This document shows, piece after piece, positions 26,066-39,496 of a stretch of 63,972 bases of DNA. Source of the DNA: Octopus bimaculoides. Lineage: Eukaryota. Each line of letters begins with the position of its first letter. Positions within the stretch are counted from its first letter, which is position 1. The stretch covers positions 1,113,759 through 1,177,730 of the forward strand of contig NC_068999.1 of assembly GCF_001194135.2 (NCBI RefSeq). The letters are read 5' to 3'. Both the position numbers and the translations under genes were made by a program. The notes under the pieces are model-generated. The model did no database searches. It saw only the letters and a program-made list of their open reading frames with translations, and had not been told where the DNA came from.

Positions 26066-27979
26066 TATTTCTTTGTCTTTCCTCTCAGGATCCCTTTTGG
26101 CTTTATGTATTGATGGATGGATTCTATTATTTCCCATTTGTCTCTTTGAAGGATTATAACATCAATATTCCCTCCCTCCTTCTCTCTGCCTTGTTATACC
26201 TCTCCCTCCCTCCCTCTGCCTCTCTCTGCATTCCTATCTTTCCTCTCTCCCGTCTCTTTCACACTCTCTTTCATTGTTGTTATTGTTGTCATGGAGGTAA
26301 CACTTTAAAACAGTAAGCCAGTCTCTTTTATATTTCCCGAAACACAAATAATAATAATAACAACAACAACAACAACAACAACAACTGCAATAATAATTAT
26401 AATCGTGATGATGATGATGACGATGATGATGATCCTTATGCAGCTATAAAGAAGCTGGAGAAGAGGCAGGAGAACTGGAAGCAGAAGCAGGAATGAGTAA
26501 AAGGAAGAGGCGAGGAAATAGAAGGAGGAGAGCAAGCTATAAATTGTCATGAACACATGCAACGTTTTGTATGTATATACATAACGGCACACACCTACAT
26601 ATACATATATATTCGTATATATGTGTATAGATGTGTGTGTGTATATATATGAATATATATATATACATACGTATGTATGTATGTATGCATGTATGCACAT
26701 ATGTACGAGAGTGGTTGTGTAGGTGTATGCTTAAATTACACGAGCCAGGTAAATAGGCAGTCTCTTTGGAAATGATTGATAGGTAAATTACTTTTAAATT
26801 GGGTAAAACCACTCGGATATAGAATGGAGTTTTGTAATAATATTTTATTTTCTCTATTGAAAAATCCTTTAAAATCTTTAAGTTTCAGAATGCACAGGTA
26901 GTAAAATAGAATTTGTGGAAGAATATGAAGTAAAAAGAAACAGAAAACTATTAAAATATTAGATTTAAATAATATATCTCAGTTTTTACCACTCTATAAT
27001 TTATTATCACAATTCGAAATAATAATAATTTGAGAAAATCGCTTTCAGAATATTGAAAATTGATGCACTTTCATTCAATATTAATGTAGTTATATTGTGG
27101 AATCTCGCAATATATATCTCCGAAGAACAGGAAATCTATTTAACAAATTTGGGGAGCAGCTTTTTTGTAATTTCATTTGTCACTGCAGTGCTTTGAGTCT
27201 TTTCATGATTTTGTCTCCTGATTGAAGGCAGTTTTTATATGCATTTCTATCGTTAACCGTACTGCGAGTTAATAACTTTCTAGAATTATTTAATCATCAT
27301 GATATGGATTTTTAGGTTTTTCACAAGTATTAAATATATATAGCTGCGTGTATATAACCCAGATGAATGACACGTATATGGCATTTTAAAATATACGAAA
27401 CGGGTTTTTAGATGATGTATCAAATAGATTGTAGTGGAAGCTGATTGTATATGTTTCAAAGACTGCACTGTTTCCATAGCAATGATTATTATCGCAGGTG
27501 AACAGACTTCTCTTCTGACGTATATTGCATTTTTTGGTAGTGGTGGGGAAGATATTTTCATTTAGAACAGATGTATAAAAAGTTTACGTTCTAATTTCAT
27601 CATATTTTCTAGATTTTATTATATGTGTATCAGACTCTGTAAAATGTGTTAGGACAGAATCTACTGTTTATCCTGATTAAGGATATGAGATAGTCAGGAA
27701 AAATGTTAAATATGAAGTACAGACGTATATTTCAATCGTTTTTTCAAATGAACTATGAGGATCTGATTAGACACAGGTGGGAAAATGGTAAAGCAAATTG
27801 AAATAAGTATGTTGTATGCAATATGTCCTTATTTATTTATATCCGTTCGTTGTGCTCGTATCAATACGTGGATATGCTCCTCTATGGAAGTGCACTTAGC
27901 ATTGCAAACTGGCACTTACCATTGACCGGTTTTTCCTTAACCGCATTTTCTCTACCACACTTAAGTGACATACAGTACT

Positions 27980-28055
27980 GTTCTTTCATCCGTTGAAGAA
28001 CTAGCATCCGAAACGCCAAACCATCTTCCCTCAATCGTTGAGCGTTAAACTAAAA
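27980..28055 (+). mobile_element. Penelope-like terminal repeat relic, same family as 8.6 kb
   Basis: CCGTTGA-a-gaactagcatcc-GAAAC-gcc, then catcttccc...gagcgttaaactaa. Confidence 0.45.
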
Positions 28056-28456
28056 CAATATTTGTTAATATTTTCTTTCCTGAAATATCTTTTTTATTTT
28101 GATTTCTTTTATTGAACTCACAATGTATATATGCGCATGTGTGTATGAGTTTGCGCCATTTTGTATGAAAAATGTAAGCATGGAATATATTACGTATAAT
28201 ATCTTTCTTGTGATCCTCAGTTATTCTAAGGAAATATTACCATTATATTCTAACATGAATGCTGCATGAACAATCGCATTCAAAATTCTTGTATATTTGG
28301 ATTTCTTTTTTCATAGTTACTTATGTACTATATGCACGCTTGCTGATACACTGCCCACACGTATATTCGTATACATACATACATATATATACATAAGTGT
28401 GTGTAACTATCTGTATGTATAAATATATATATATATATATATTTATATATGAATAA

Positions 28457-28496
<40 letters not shown>

Positions 28497-29610
28497 NNNN
28501 NNNNNNNNNNNNNNNNNNNNNNNNNNNNNNNNNNNNNNNNNNNNNNNNNNNNNNNNNNNNNNNNNNNNNNNNNNNNNNNNNNNNNNNNNNNNNNNNNNNN
28601 NNNNNNNNNNNNNNNNNNNNNNNNNNNNNNNNNNNNNNNNNNNNNNNNNNNNNNNNNNNNNNNNNNNNNNNNNNNNNNNNNNNNNNNNNNNNNNNNNNNN
28701 NNNNNNNNNNNNNNNNNNNNNNNNNNNNNNNNNNNNNNNNNNNNNNNNNNNNNNNNNNNNNNNNNNNNNNNNNNNNNNNNNNNNNNNNNNNNNNNNNNNN
28801 NNNNNNNNNNNNNNNNNNNNNNNNNNNNNNNNNNNNNNNNNNNNNNNNNNNNNNNNNNNNNNNNNNNNNNNNNNNNNNNNNNNNNNNNNNNNNNNNNNNN
28901 NNNNNNNNNNNNNNNNNNNNNNNNNNNNNNNNNNNNNNNNNNNNNNNNNNNNNNNNNNNNNNNNNNNNNNNNNNNNNNNNNNNNNNNNNNNNNNNNNATA
29001 TATATATATATAAGTGTGCCTGTGTCTGCTTGTATGAGAATTTATAATTCTATATACGTGTAACGCATATAAATTACTGTATTTACACATACATATATAA
29101 GTATGTGTGTGCGTCACTACATACGCGTCAGTGGATGTTTTTATCAATACACACTGATTCACATTGTTGTCATTATATTGTGGAATAAACATTATTATAT
29201 GCAGTTCTGACTCTACAGTCACATGAAGTAGAAATAAAATCTGCCTGTAGATTTTAGGGCAGTTTATACTCAGTCATGTGGACGTTTATATAGCGACAGA
29301 AATTACTAACCTACATTGACGTAAATTCCCGAAACCAACCATTGTGACTAAACCTTTCTCTTATTATATTGTATATCCATTAATATTTCGCAAGTACAAC
29401 GACACGTACAAGAAAGCGCATATCTACCACGGCATGAGCATGCATGATCAGCCACACAGATGCACACGTATGTATGTTTGTGTATCATTCATTAAAAAAT
29501 ATATATATTATATCTAGAAATGTGAATTGTATTTAAACGCGGATATATATGAATATACCCACGTACACATGTCCTTGGATATATTTAAGGAAAATGTATA
29601 GATATATACG

Positions 29611-29642
<32 letters not shown>

Positions 29643-29887
29643 TGTATTTAGATGTAAATATATATATATGCATATATACATATATATAAAAATTGAGATA
29701 ATTTATATTTAATCTCTGAGCGAGAGATAAACAGTAACAGTACACAATCGTAAAATTTATTTGCCAACTAAATGTTGCGGTCCTATAGAAGATGGTGCAA
29801 CTTTTATTTTTATTCCCAGCTAGCTCCATCTGGTCAATGACACAACCTGTGTTCGATTAATATTTGCGATACACTCTAGCTAGTGTT

Positions 29888-29937
29888 AACACATACTGAA
29901 GAAATGTGTAACCACCCAGAAACTCGTGTCTGTTTGT
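29888..29937 (+). ncRNA. Hammerhead-like motif with intact core and damaged stem II
   Basis: aacacata-CTGAAGA-aatgtg(taac)caccca-GAAAC-tcgt-GTC-tgtttgt. Confidence 0.45.
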
Positions 29938-32334
29938 ATCACGTAAGATATCTATGGTGTATATTTACATACCTATATACTGTATATCTATATGTACATT
30001 TTGTACATATTATACACTAAATGATAAGTGTTCACAGATGTTTATAGATTCATGCGTCTATATTCTTAAATACGCACTTCCCGCTTTTTGTTTCTCGTGC
30101 ATATACACTTCGATATTGTTTACCTGAGAACTGGAGAGATTTTTCTTGCTGCTTCTAAAAAGAAAAGCTAGTTCAAGTTTAGACATACAAATATGTACGT
30201 ACGTACATATGTACATATGTACATATGCATGTATGTATGGATGTACGTATGTATGCATATATGTATCTATGTATTCAGGAAAAGAATCTTTATATATGCA
30301 CTTATTTAATAACAAAAAACGAAGAACAAATAACAAGATACTATTTTCGAATAAACTTTTGATGTTATTTTCTATAATCGCAGTATTTCGACTTGTTAAA
30401 ATACCAGAGAAAAATCAGCGTCATTCTGAAACATATATGAAAAGCAAAAGTTATAAACTTCTCTAATTCATGCGACTACTGTTGTACTCCTGTTTTTATA
30501 AATCCTTCTCTTATAAAATCCTTTTTTAGGAATGTTTATTGTATACTTATTAAAATATACAGTTGCACCAAGAGTATACTTGAAGTTATGAGCAAAAGAA
30601 ATGCATAGTGATATCATTAAATGAATATAGTTGGGAACCTTCCATAATAATATTAATTTATTTCTTATATGTAGAAGAAAGTATATAGCTTGAGATTTTG
30701 TGGAAATGATGTTCGAAAAAGCTTACATACAGGAATCTAAACCGTTGCCTCACATTGCTGAACAGGATGTTTGCTGATAGAAAAGGATAATTTTTAAAGA
30801 TTCAAAACATAAGTAAATGAAATAAGGCATTTCTGCAATTCTTCTTGTATTTTGTATTCGACAATTTATTCATTTCGACTCAGAAAATTGAGCTTCACCA
30901 CAAATGATTGTTTGTAACAAGAGGTAAGATACATGAAAGAATCGTCTTGATTACACCTCATGGCTCAAAGCAAATTTTCTATATTTTTGAAAAACGGATC
31001 TGTATTAAATATATTCTGACTTCTATATCTTTATGACGACTGTAGCCAATGGTCTCGTTTAAAACGTTGTGACCCAAACCCTGAATGTGAAGACATGAGA
31101 ATTTTCCAGGGTTCCGACTATATGAGGAAAAAGAACTGGAGATAATGGGCTTGTGCAAAGGCAAGGGCGTTTAGCACCTTATTGCAACGAAGCGAGAGAG
31201 AGGGAGAGAGGGAGAGAGAGAGAGCACTTGTGGGTCAGAAGAGTGTCTGTGATAGAAGGAGACCATTAAAGTAGCTATGGAAAAGGTAGAGCGGAATCAA
31301 GACAAATGGGAGAGAGAATATGGTGTTGCACATCAGTGATTGAGTTCTTCCTAATCAAAGGTTTCTTTTGTTGGTTCGGTTCAGGATATCTGCATATTTA
31401 TCCGAAGCACCGTCTCCCATATAGGAACAATACTTCATTCCTTCCGATTGCCAATAACTCTAGATTTTGTTGTCACTTTCATCCCTTTGCTTAAATCATT
31501 AGATTGTGATTCAATTAATAACTGGAAGTTGTTTCTAGCATTTTAAACTACAACTTACGATTTGAAGAGTTCCAGAGAAATATCAATGGAAATTTTAAAA
31601 ACTGTGGAAGACTTAATTTATAACCAGCCAAAATTTTATAAAATTTTATAAATTCTTTAAATCCATAGGGTCCCCAAACATTGTCAGAATGATGTCATAC
31701 CTTCTGCATACTATTATCAACCTCTTCTCGTTATCTATAAATATTGGTCCTAAAATGATCAAAATAAAAGGCTTCCATTATGTATTAAAGTTATAAAACA
31801 AAACATTATGAAACGAAACAAGAACTTAGAGATATATAAAAAAAATTGTTTTTACAGTGAGTATGGCCTTCTGTGGAAGATTTAGTACCTTTTTCTAACC
31901 TCATATATCCTCGAGTAACACAGGAAAATCAATTCCAGCACCACTGTGAACCAAAAAAAAAAAAAAAAAATCTCATTGCAAGACATTTTCCATGGTTTCC
32001 TTCCTTCATTTACTTTTTAGAGTTCGCTTCGATGGAATAACATTATTCTTATATTTTCTTATTCTTCATTACTATTTTTTCTCATATACCTTACATTCAC
32101 ATCTACATTCACATCTTTTTCTTTTCTTGATATTTTAGTAATATTGTCTTACTAATTTTTTTCTTATTTTTCGCCAAAGACGTATCAATTTTTTTTTTTT
32201 CGCTATTTTCGTATTTTTCATTGTAATTCCTCAAGACAGAACAGGCTACTTCTTACTTGTGTATTCCTTCTTTTCTCTCGGAATCCAATGTGAAAATGGA
32301 AAAAAAAATATTAAAGTTCATGATAATAAAAAGC

Positions 32335-32582
32335 ATGATGATGTTGATGATGATGGTTAGTTTGATGATGATGGTTATTTTGATTATGATGATGATGTTA
32401 GTAGCAGTAGTGTTGATGATGTTAAATAACAATAGTAACAACAGCAATGATAATAACAATAATAATAATAATAATGATGATGATAATAATAATGATACTA
32501 ATAATAACAATAATAATAATAACGATGCTAATAATAATAATAATGATACTAATAATAACAACAACAATAATAATAATAATAC
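32335..32582. repeat. (GAT)n/(AAT)n/(AAC)n microsatellite with internal duplication
   Basis: Direct inspection. Confidence 0.9.
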
Positions 32583-32723
32583 AGCTAATCAATCACAAGA
32601 TCGATTGTGTCTGTAAATATGTAATAGAATCGATAAGCATAAGTACGCACCACTTAGATTTATGCACTTACCATTGATTGGATAAAGAACAGAATCTCAT
32701 ATACATACATGCAAATATATATA

Positions 32724-32785
<62 letters not shown>

Positions 32786-32970
32786 TATTGTGAAAAAGGG
32801 AGAGTGGGAGAGAAGCATTCTAGCAGAGAAAGGTAAATAACGCTTAATCTAAATTTTAAAAAAAGGAAAAACGAAGGGGAAAAACAAATTAGAAACAGAA
32901 ATATTGAATGTCTGTTAGAATCTATAAGTTATTTCGGAAGAAAAAAAACTGTACACAAAATAACTCTCAC

Positions 32971-33085
<115 letters not shown>

Positions 33086-34259
33086 AAGATTGTGGTGGTG
33101 GCGGTAGCTGTAGTGGTGGTATTAATAGTAGTAACTACATTAAGAGGAGTAGAACATACCTTCACACACTCACGCACGCACGTACAGATACACATATATA
33201 TATATTGCATGTGTGTGTATATCTGTGTGCATTTGCATGCATATGCGTATGTGTGTGTATTAAATTTGTTTCAAGCTTGTTAAGGTCGGTACAATAAGTT
33301 GTTTCCTTACACAGTTTGACTTTTTGCAACAATCTAATATTTTTTATCGTGTTTGTGTTCGTGCTTCTTTTTCGACTTTCTTTACAGTTAATAATGTCTG
33401 CGTTGATTTCATCCTTTTCTTTAGACGGAAGAATTCAAATATATTCGGAATGTATTTGAGTTTGGTGTGTAATACTGGTGTAAGTTTTAGTAAGTTTATA
33501 CTCAAGTTCAATGCAGAATTGATTCATTTGCTGGGAATATAAACCAAATCTCTCTGTCTCATAAACATGGATGTACCTCTTCATCATGTTAACCCTGCTG
33601 TGAGAAACGAGTGGATAGCTGGCTGCAGAGCGTTTGACCAAAGGTCATCGGGTATTCAGGATTAAGTAGCAAAGTCGTCATCCTTGATAACATCGTCGTC
33701 GTCGTCATTATCACCCTCGTCCCCTTTGACCCCAGACTACCTCCAAATTTAAAAACATTAACAACATCAATATCCTATCACCATGTGTGCTAACACAATA
33801 GCCATTACCGTCACCTAAACGACCAATGGCAGCACACGTACACGTACACATACACAGACGCGCAAACACACGCACGCACACAAACAAACAAACACACGCA
33901 TATAAAAATGAATGCAGCTAAACAAGATATAAAACCAAAAAGGAAACTTTCAAATTTCCCTAATAGTGACTTGGCGTGCGAGGTACTCCTACATTGCTAA
34001 AAACAAGTGTTAAATACACTTATAGCCGCAAAAAGTCACATGTCTATGCACTGACAGGGGAGATAACCACTCGACAGCGAGCGAGGTCATTATAGTTGCT
34101 AGTTATGCCTATCTCACCGATAGTGACGATTTCATTGCTGATGGTTAGGCTAAATCCCAGCTATCAGTAGATAGTATTTACCACAAGAATCAATGGTAGA
34201 TTCAGCAAAATTGTAATGCGGCTACACACAATATCAAAGCAAGAAGGAAAAGTTCAATT

Positions 34260-34406
34260 GTTTCCGTCCCCCAAATCCTCTCACAAGACCTTAGTCGGCC
34301 CGGTACTATAGTGCAAGACACCTGGCCATGTGTCATGCAGTGGGACTGAACCCGAAGTCATGTAGTTGGGAAGCAAGCTTCTTACCACACAGCCACTTCT
34401 GCGCCT
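34260..34406 (-). mobile_element. SINE family B, 5' half
   Basis: gcagtgggactgaaccc...ttgggaagcaagcttcttaccacacagccac = reverse complement of the A/B-box head. Confidence 0.85.
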
Positions 34407-36219
34407 TTATATACGAATGTGTGTGTAAATGCAATTATGTATTTGTGTATGTATGTAAGTGCTCCCATCCCATGTCTAATTTCGATTTAGAATATGATTT
34501 GACATATATTAAGTAGTAATATCTAGTAGATCACCTAACCACACACCATCTCCTTCCGAATCGCCTTCCCCGGTTGACTCGGGCAGAAATGGTAGACAGA
34601 TTGTAAATGCGATTTTCACAGTTAGACCTATGTGCAATTTAATAATTGTATTTCTAAAACAGATAAATGATATTATCTGTCCTGCATGAACCTATGGGAA
34701 ATAGGTAACACATTTGCTTGTGAAAATGTCCAAAGTAATCCTAACTGGCTTATGAACATAATTCACTGGCAAAGCTCAATTAAATCACTTTCTATATTAC
34801 ATTAGTAGATATAAGAAATGTTTACGCAATTTATACTTGCGTCCTGGAAGTATTATATTACATCAGTTATTTTCTATATCAAAGGATAAGTATATTATAT
34901 CGTATTATAGTGTATTATATCGTATTATACTATATTAGATTAGGTGAGATTATATTAAAATATAGAAGAGTACATTATATTACACGGATCATGAATTTTA
35001 TAGCTCAATTTGTCACCTCGTATCATAATATTGTATATCCTTCAGCGACTATAGGATTATCTAAATAGTTGTAATGGAAAAAGCATTTTTTTTTCTTTCT
35101 CTCGAGGAGAATTTAAACATAATGGAGTCAACGTTTTGTTTGTGAAGGAAAAGAGAGTCAGCTGTTCTAATCTTGTCATCGGAACTGTATTGCGGATGTA
35201 AACAGACAATTAACTTTTAAATCTAATGGTGTCCACTTTTAATTAGGAAATGCTAGTATCCTACCTGGAACAGAATGTCACTTATGTAACTAAACATATC
35301 ACTGAGGCTAGACTAGGTTGAGATATATTTATTTCGCTTTGTCTTTCAGAAGAACGTAAAGACAAGGAGCGATTACTTTATCCCCACTTTCAAATATAGT
35401 ACGAATAACCCTTCGATTTGTATAAGTTGGCAAGCGGGTTGCTCTAATTACAGACTGCGCTACCCAATAGATACCCAATAGACCCTTATTTTGTTTCTTG
35501 AAATTAGTCTGAGTTGAGTAAAATTCAGATACAGAGACGAAGTCACTAGTCTGTTTGCCCCATCGGTTCACAAACCCTACTCTATCAACTGTTTTGCTGT
35601 AAGTAAAAATCATTTTCTTATAGAACAAATAAGTTTTCAACAGATTCTTATTTGATTAATTAATATCTGTAGCCATAGAACTAGAAGTGAGTTAGTTAGA
35701 GCCTGTGTGTTCATTTACAAAATATCTGAAAGATTTATGTCTGGAAAGAAATGAAAAAAAATATTAATTGAATGTATCGGTTAGTTGTTCAATATATTCC
35801 ACATATATTAGCATTCAAATGAGAAGAATAAAGATTCTATTTTTGGTGTTTCTTTTAGTGTGCTTAGAATTCGCAGACATTCGTTCATATAGCTCTAAAG
35901 AATGTTACAGATGAATTGTACCTTTGATTATGAAGCACAAAAGAAGAGTTAAAACGAAACTGCTTTAGAATAACGCACTGAGATTAAGCAAAGTTAATGA
36001 ATGATTAAACAAAAAAGTGAGATAGAGAAACACGTAGGTGACAAAATGAGTATTGAGGGAGAGAGAAAGTGAGTGAATAAATGAGTGAGTGAGTGAGTGA
36101 GTGACAAAGAGGAGACAGCCCAATGATGAAGTGAGATCTAAACGTGAGAAATTAAAAGAAAAGAGATAAAGAAGCAAAAGGTGTGTGTGTGTATGTGTGT
36201 GTGTGTGAGTATGTGTGTG

Positions 36220-36266
<47 letters not shown>

Positions 36267-37814
36267 GAAACTGAGATAGAAAAAGTGAGATAACGGGATG
36301 AAATAATGAAAGTGTAAACATTAGTACAATTAAGAAATTAGAATATGAAAATGAAAGCAATATTTAAAATGAAGCATTTATTGAGATGGTTTAGATATAT
36401 CTTAATTAAACAGGAGTTAAAGTGAATGGTACTAAAATGTTATCACAGTTTAAGAGGGAATAAGAAAACACGTAGATATTAAATCTGAGGAGATAAGATA
36501 CGATACTCGATATAACTTATGGTTGATTTAGTGGGAAATAATTTCTATGTGATAAACCTGAGGTATATTTGAAATACATTAATACAAATCCAAACCATCC
36601 TTTAAGAATATTTAACAAGGTAATTAATTAATTAGCGTAGATTAAGCGGCATCTCCGTCGGGAAACCCTATAAAATGGGTTGCTGATTTAAAATTAAAAA
36701 TGCATTAAAGGCAGTTTAAATATAAATCCATTATCTGTAGCCAACAATAAAGTAAAATTCATGAAAGGAAATGTTATGCGGTATAATCATCCATAGAGTT
36801 TACAGAGGTTTTCCTATGTTGACACAAATGGTGTAAATATAAGTATGAAAGCTTACCTACAGCATAGATCTTTTAACAACTATTCTGTGCAACAATTACA
36901 CAAAATACTTCACTGTTGATACAACCGACATAACACTAAAAGAATTTAATATGAACATGCAAGCTTTTCCTTTATCACATAGCAACACCTGTTCTGTCTC
37001 TCCTCTAATTCGGATATCTCATCGTAAAGCATTAGTTTTTCAATCAAAACCTTCTCTCGCAGAGAATTTATTTAAAATTATCTCGAAGCATATGTTTAAA
37101 ATCCATTATAGAATATGCGTCCATGCTGCATTAATGGATCCAGAATCATGAGAAATTTTCTCTCCAACAAGATAAACTTTGCGTTACATGCAGACCTTTG
37201 CAGTTCTGAACAGACAAATTGGTATTTAACAATTTCATGCTCTTCAATCACTGCTTATAAATTTCCAACAAACAACGATCTAGAATACTTAAGTTATTAT
37301 ACAAAAAACATTTCCAGGGCCAGTACAATTTCCATGTTACAAACGCATGTAATTTAACCTAAAAGTCATTCATAACATCCGCGCAAGAGACACAATGTGA
37401 GCGCTGTATACAGAATAAATAGCAGCTTGATTTCTCTCAAACCCCACCCTATCCGCTTATAAGAACAAACTTTGAGTAACATGGTACTAGGTTTCTAGCA
37501 CACAGGGAATGTGCTTAACAACTTTCCATTAAATGGGTAAACTAACAACAGCTAACAACAGTGTGTATTTTATACATATAGCAACGAAATGCTAGGTGGC
37601 ATTAAGTTACGCAAATTTACTTTCGGGATCAAATCATTCGGAGATCATTTTAGTCTTTAATCATTTCAGAGTTGCAGAAATACAGTAAAAATTGAACTTT
37701 AAAGACTAATTTGAAAAACTAGACAAAATATTTTGTGGATTTGTGTCTATGTTCGAACAAATTATACAAACACACACAAGCACACTCACACACACACATA
37801 CACACACATGAATA

Positions 37815-37929
37815 GGCTCAGGAGTGGCTGTGTTGTAAGAAGATGGCTTCCCAACCACATGGTTCCGGGTTCAGTCCCACCAAGGTCTTTTGAGTGAATT
37901 TGGTAGACGGAAACTGAAAGAAGCCTGTC

Positions 37930-37986
<57 letters not shown>

Positions 37987-38112
37987 AGGTATTTTACGTC
38001 CCCGTAACTTAGCAATTCTGCAAAAGATACCGATATAAGCACTAGGCTTACAAAGAATAACTCCTGCGGTCGAGTTGTTCGAAAAAAGGTGGTGCTCCAG
38101 CATGGCCGCAAT
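37815..38112 (+). mobile_element. SINE family B with internal deletion
   Basis: ggagtggctgtgttgtaag, ggttcagtccc, (AT)n core, gtgctccagcatggccgca. Confidence 0.9.
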
Positions 38113-38130
38113 CACGGGATAGTAATTACG

Positions 38131-38177
38131 GTGTTGTGGGAAAATAGCAAGCTTCTTACCAAACATCGATGCCTGCG
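38131..38177 (-). mobile_element. SINE family B head fragment, inverted relative to the adjacent copy
   Basis: gcaagcttcttaccaaacatcgatgcctgcg. Confidence 0.6.
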
Positions 38178-38420
38178 TTATAGTGAAAGGAAGAGGGGGA
38201 GAGAGGGAAAGAAAAATTGATAGATAAATATCGACAGATAAAGAGACACACAGACAGAGAGATGAAGATATGCATATATATGGTCGCGTGTGAGGACGTA
38301 TACACATATACATTTCTTATATTTATGAATAGTCGCTCTCCCCTCTAAACATTGACCAAATTTCTAAACGTATTGAAACATACACCCAGGGTGCTAAGAC
38401 AAACCAGTAAAGACGCTTAC

Positions 38421-38485
38421 GATATACAGAGTCGAAAATCCACCATTTTTTATGTCGAAGTTTACGCTAATTTCTGTATTTAAAC
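38421..38485 (-). other. Candidate 65-nt exon, unverified
   Basis: atatttgttttcag|G...ATC|gtaagc; single open frame (G)LNTEISVNFDIKNGGFSTLYI. Confidence 0.25.
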
Positions 38486-39451
38486 CTGAAAACAAATATT
38501 ATAATAATAAATATGCGGCAAATACAACAATCTGTATTGTAAGTAAAGTTTACCCTAGAGATCGATATATTTCAATATATTTTATCGAATTTCATCTTTT
38601 GTACATCTATAATATCACGTGCTAACAAGCGACTCAGGAACTTAACATCAGCCTATANNNNNNNNNNNNNNNNNNNNNNNNNNNNNNNNNNNNNNNNNNN
38701 NNNNNNNNNNNNNNNNNNNNNNNNNNNNNNNNNNNNNNNNNNNNNNNNNNNNNNNNNNNNNNNNNNNNNNNNNNNNNNNNNNNNNNNNNNNNNNNNNNNN
38801 NNNNNNNNNNNNNNNNNNNNNNNNNNNNNNNNNNNNNNNNNNNNNNNNNNNNNNNNNNNNNNNNNNNNNNNNNNNNNNNNNNNNNNNNNNNNNNNNNNNN
38901 NNNNNNNNNNNNNNNNNNNNNNNNNNNNNNNNNNNNNNNNNNNNNNNNNNNNNNNNNNNNNNNNNNNNNNNNNNNNNNNNNNNNNNNNNNNNNNNNNNNN
39001 NNNNNNNNNNNNNNNNNNNNNNNNNNNNNNNNNNNNNNNNNNNNNNNNNNNNNNNNNNNNNNNNNNNNNNNNNNNNNNNNNNNNNNNNNNNNNNNNNNNN
39101 NNNNNNNNNNNNNNNNNNNNNNNNNNNNNNNNNNNNNNNNNNNNNNNNNNNNNNNNNNNNNNNNNNNNNNNNNNNNNNNNNNNNNNNNNNNNNNNNNNNN
39201 NNNNNNNNNNNNNNNNNNNNNNNNNNNNNNNNNNNNNNNNNNNNNNNNNNNNNNNNNNNNNNNNNNNNNNNNNNNNNNNNNNNNNNNNNNNNNNNNNNNN
39301 NNNNNNNNNNNNNNNNNNNNNNNNNNNNNNNNNNNNNNNNNNNNNNNNNNNNNNNNNNNNNNNNNNNNNNNNNNNNNNNNNNNNNNNNNNNNNNNNNNNN
39401 NNNNNNNNNNNNNNNNNNNNNNNNNNNNNNNNNNNATATATATATATATAT

Positions 39452-39496
<45 letters not shown>

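Noticed and set aside
30884-30923. Plus-strand 40-nt AG/GT-bounded segment
   Set aside because: Stops in all three frames.
35329-35640. 103-aa minus ORF with a good acceptor at 35597
   Set aside because: No strong donor and no recognisable homology.
36859-36886. Minus-strand 28-nt AG/GT-bounded segment
   Set aside because: Stops in all three frames.
37815-37885. A/B-box sequences as tRNA genes (also 18.6, 34.3, 40.4, 59.2 kb)
   Set aside because: No cloverleaf; they continue into SINE bodies.
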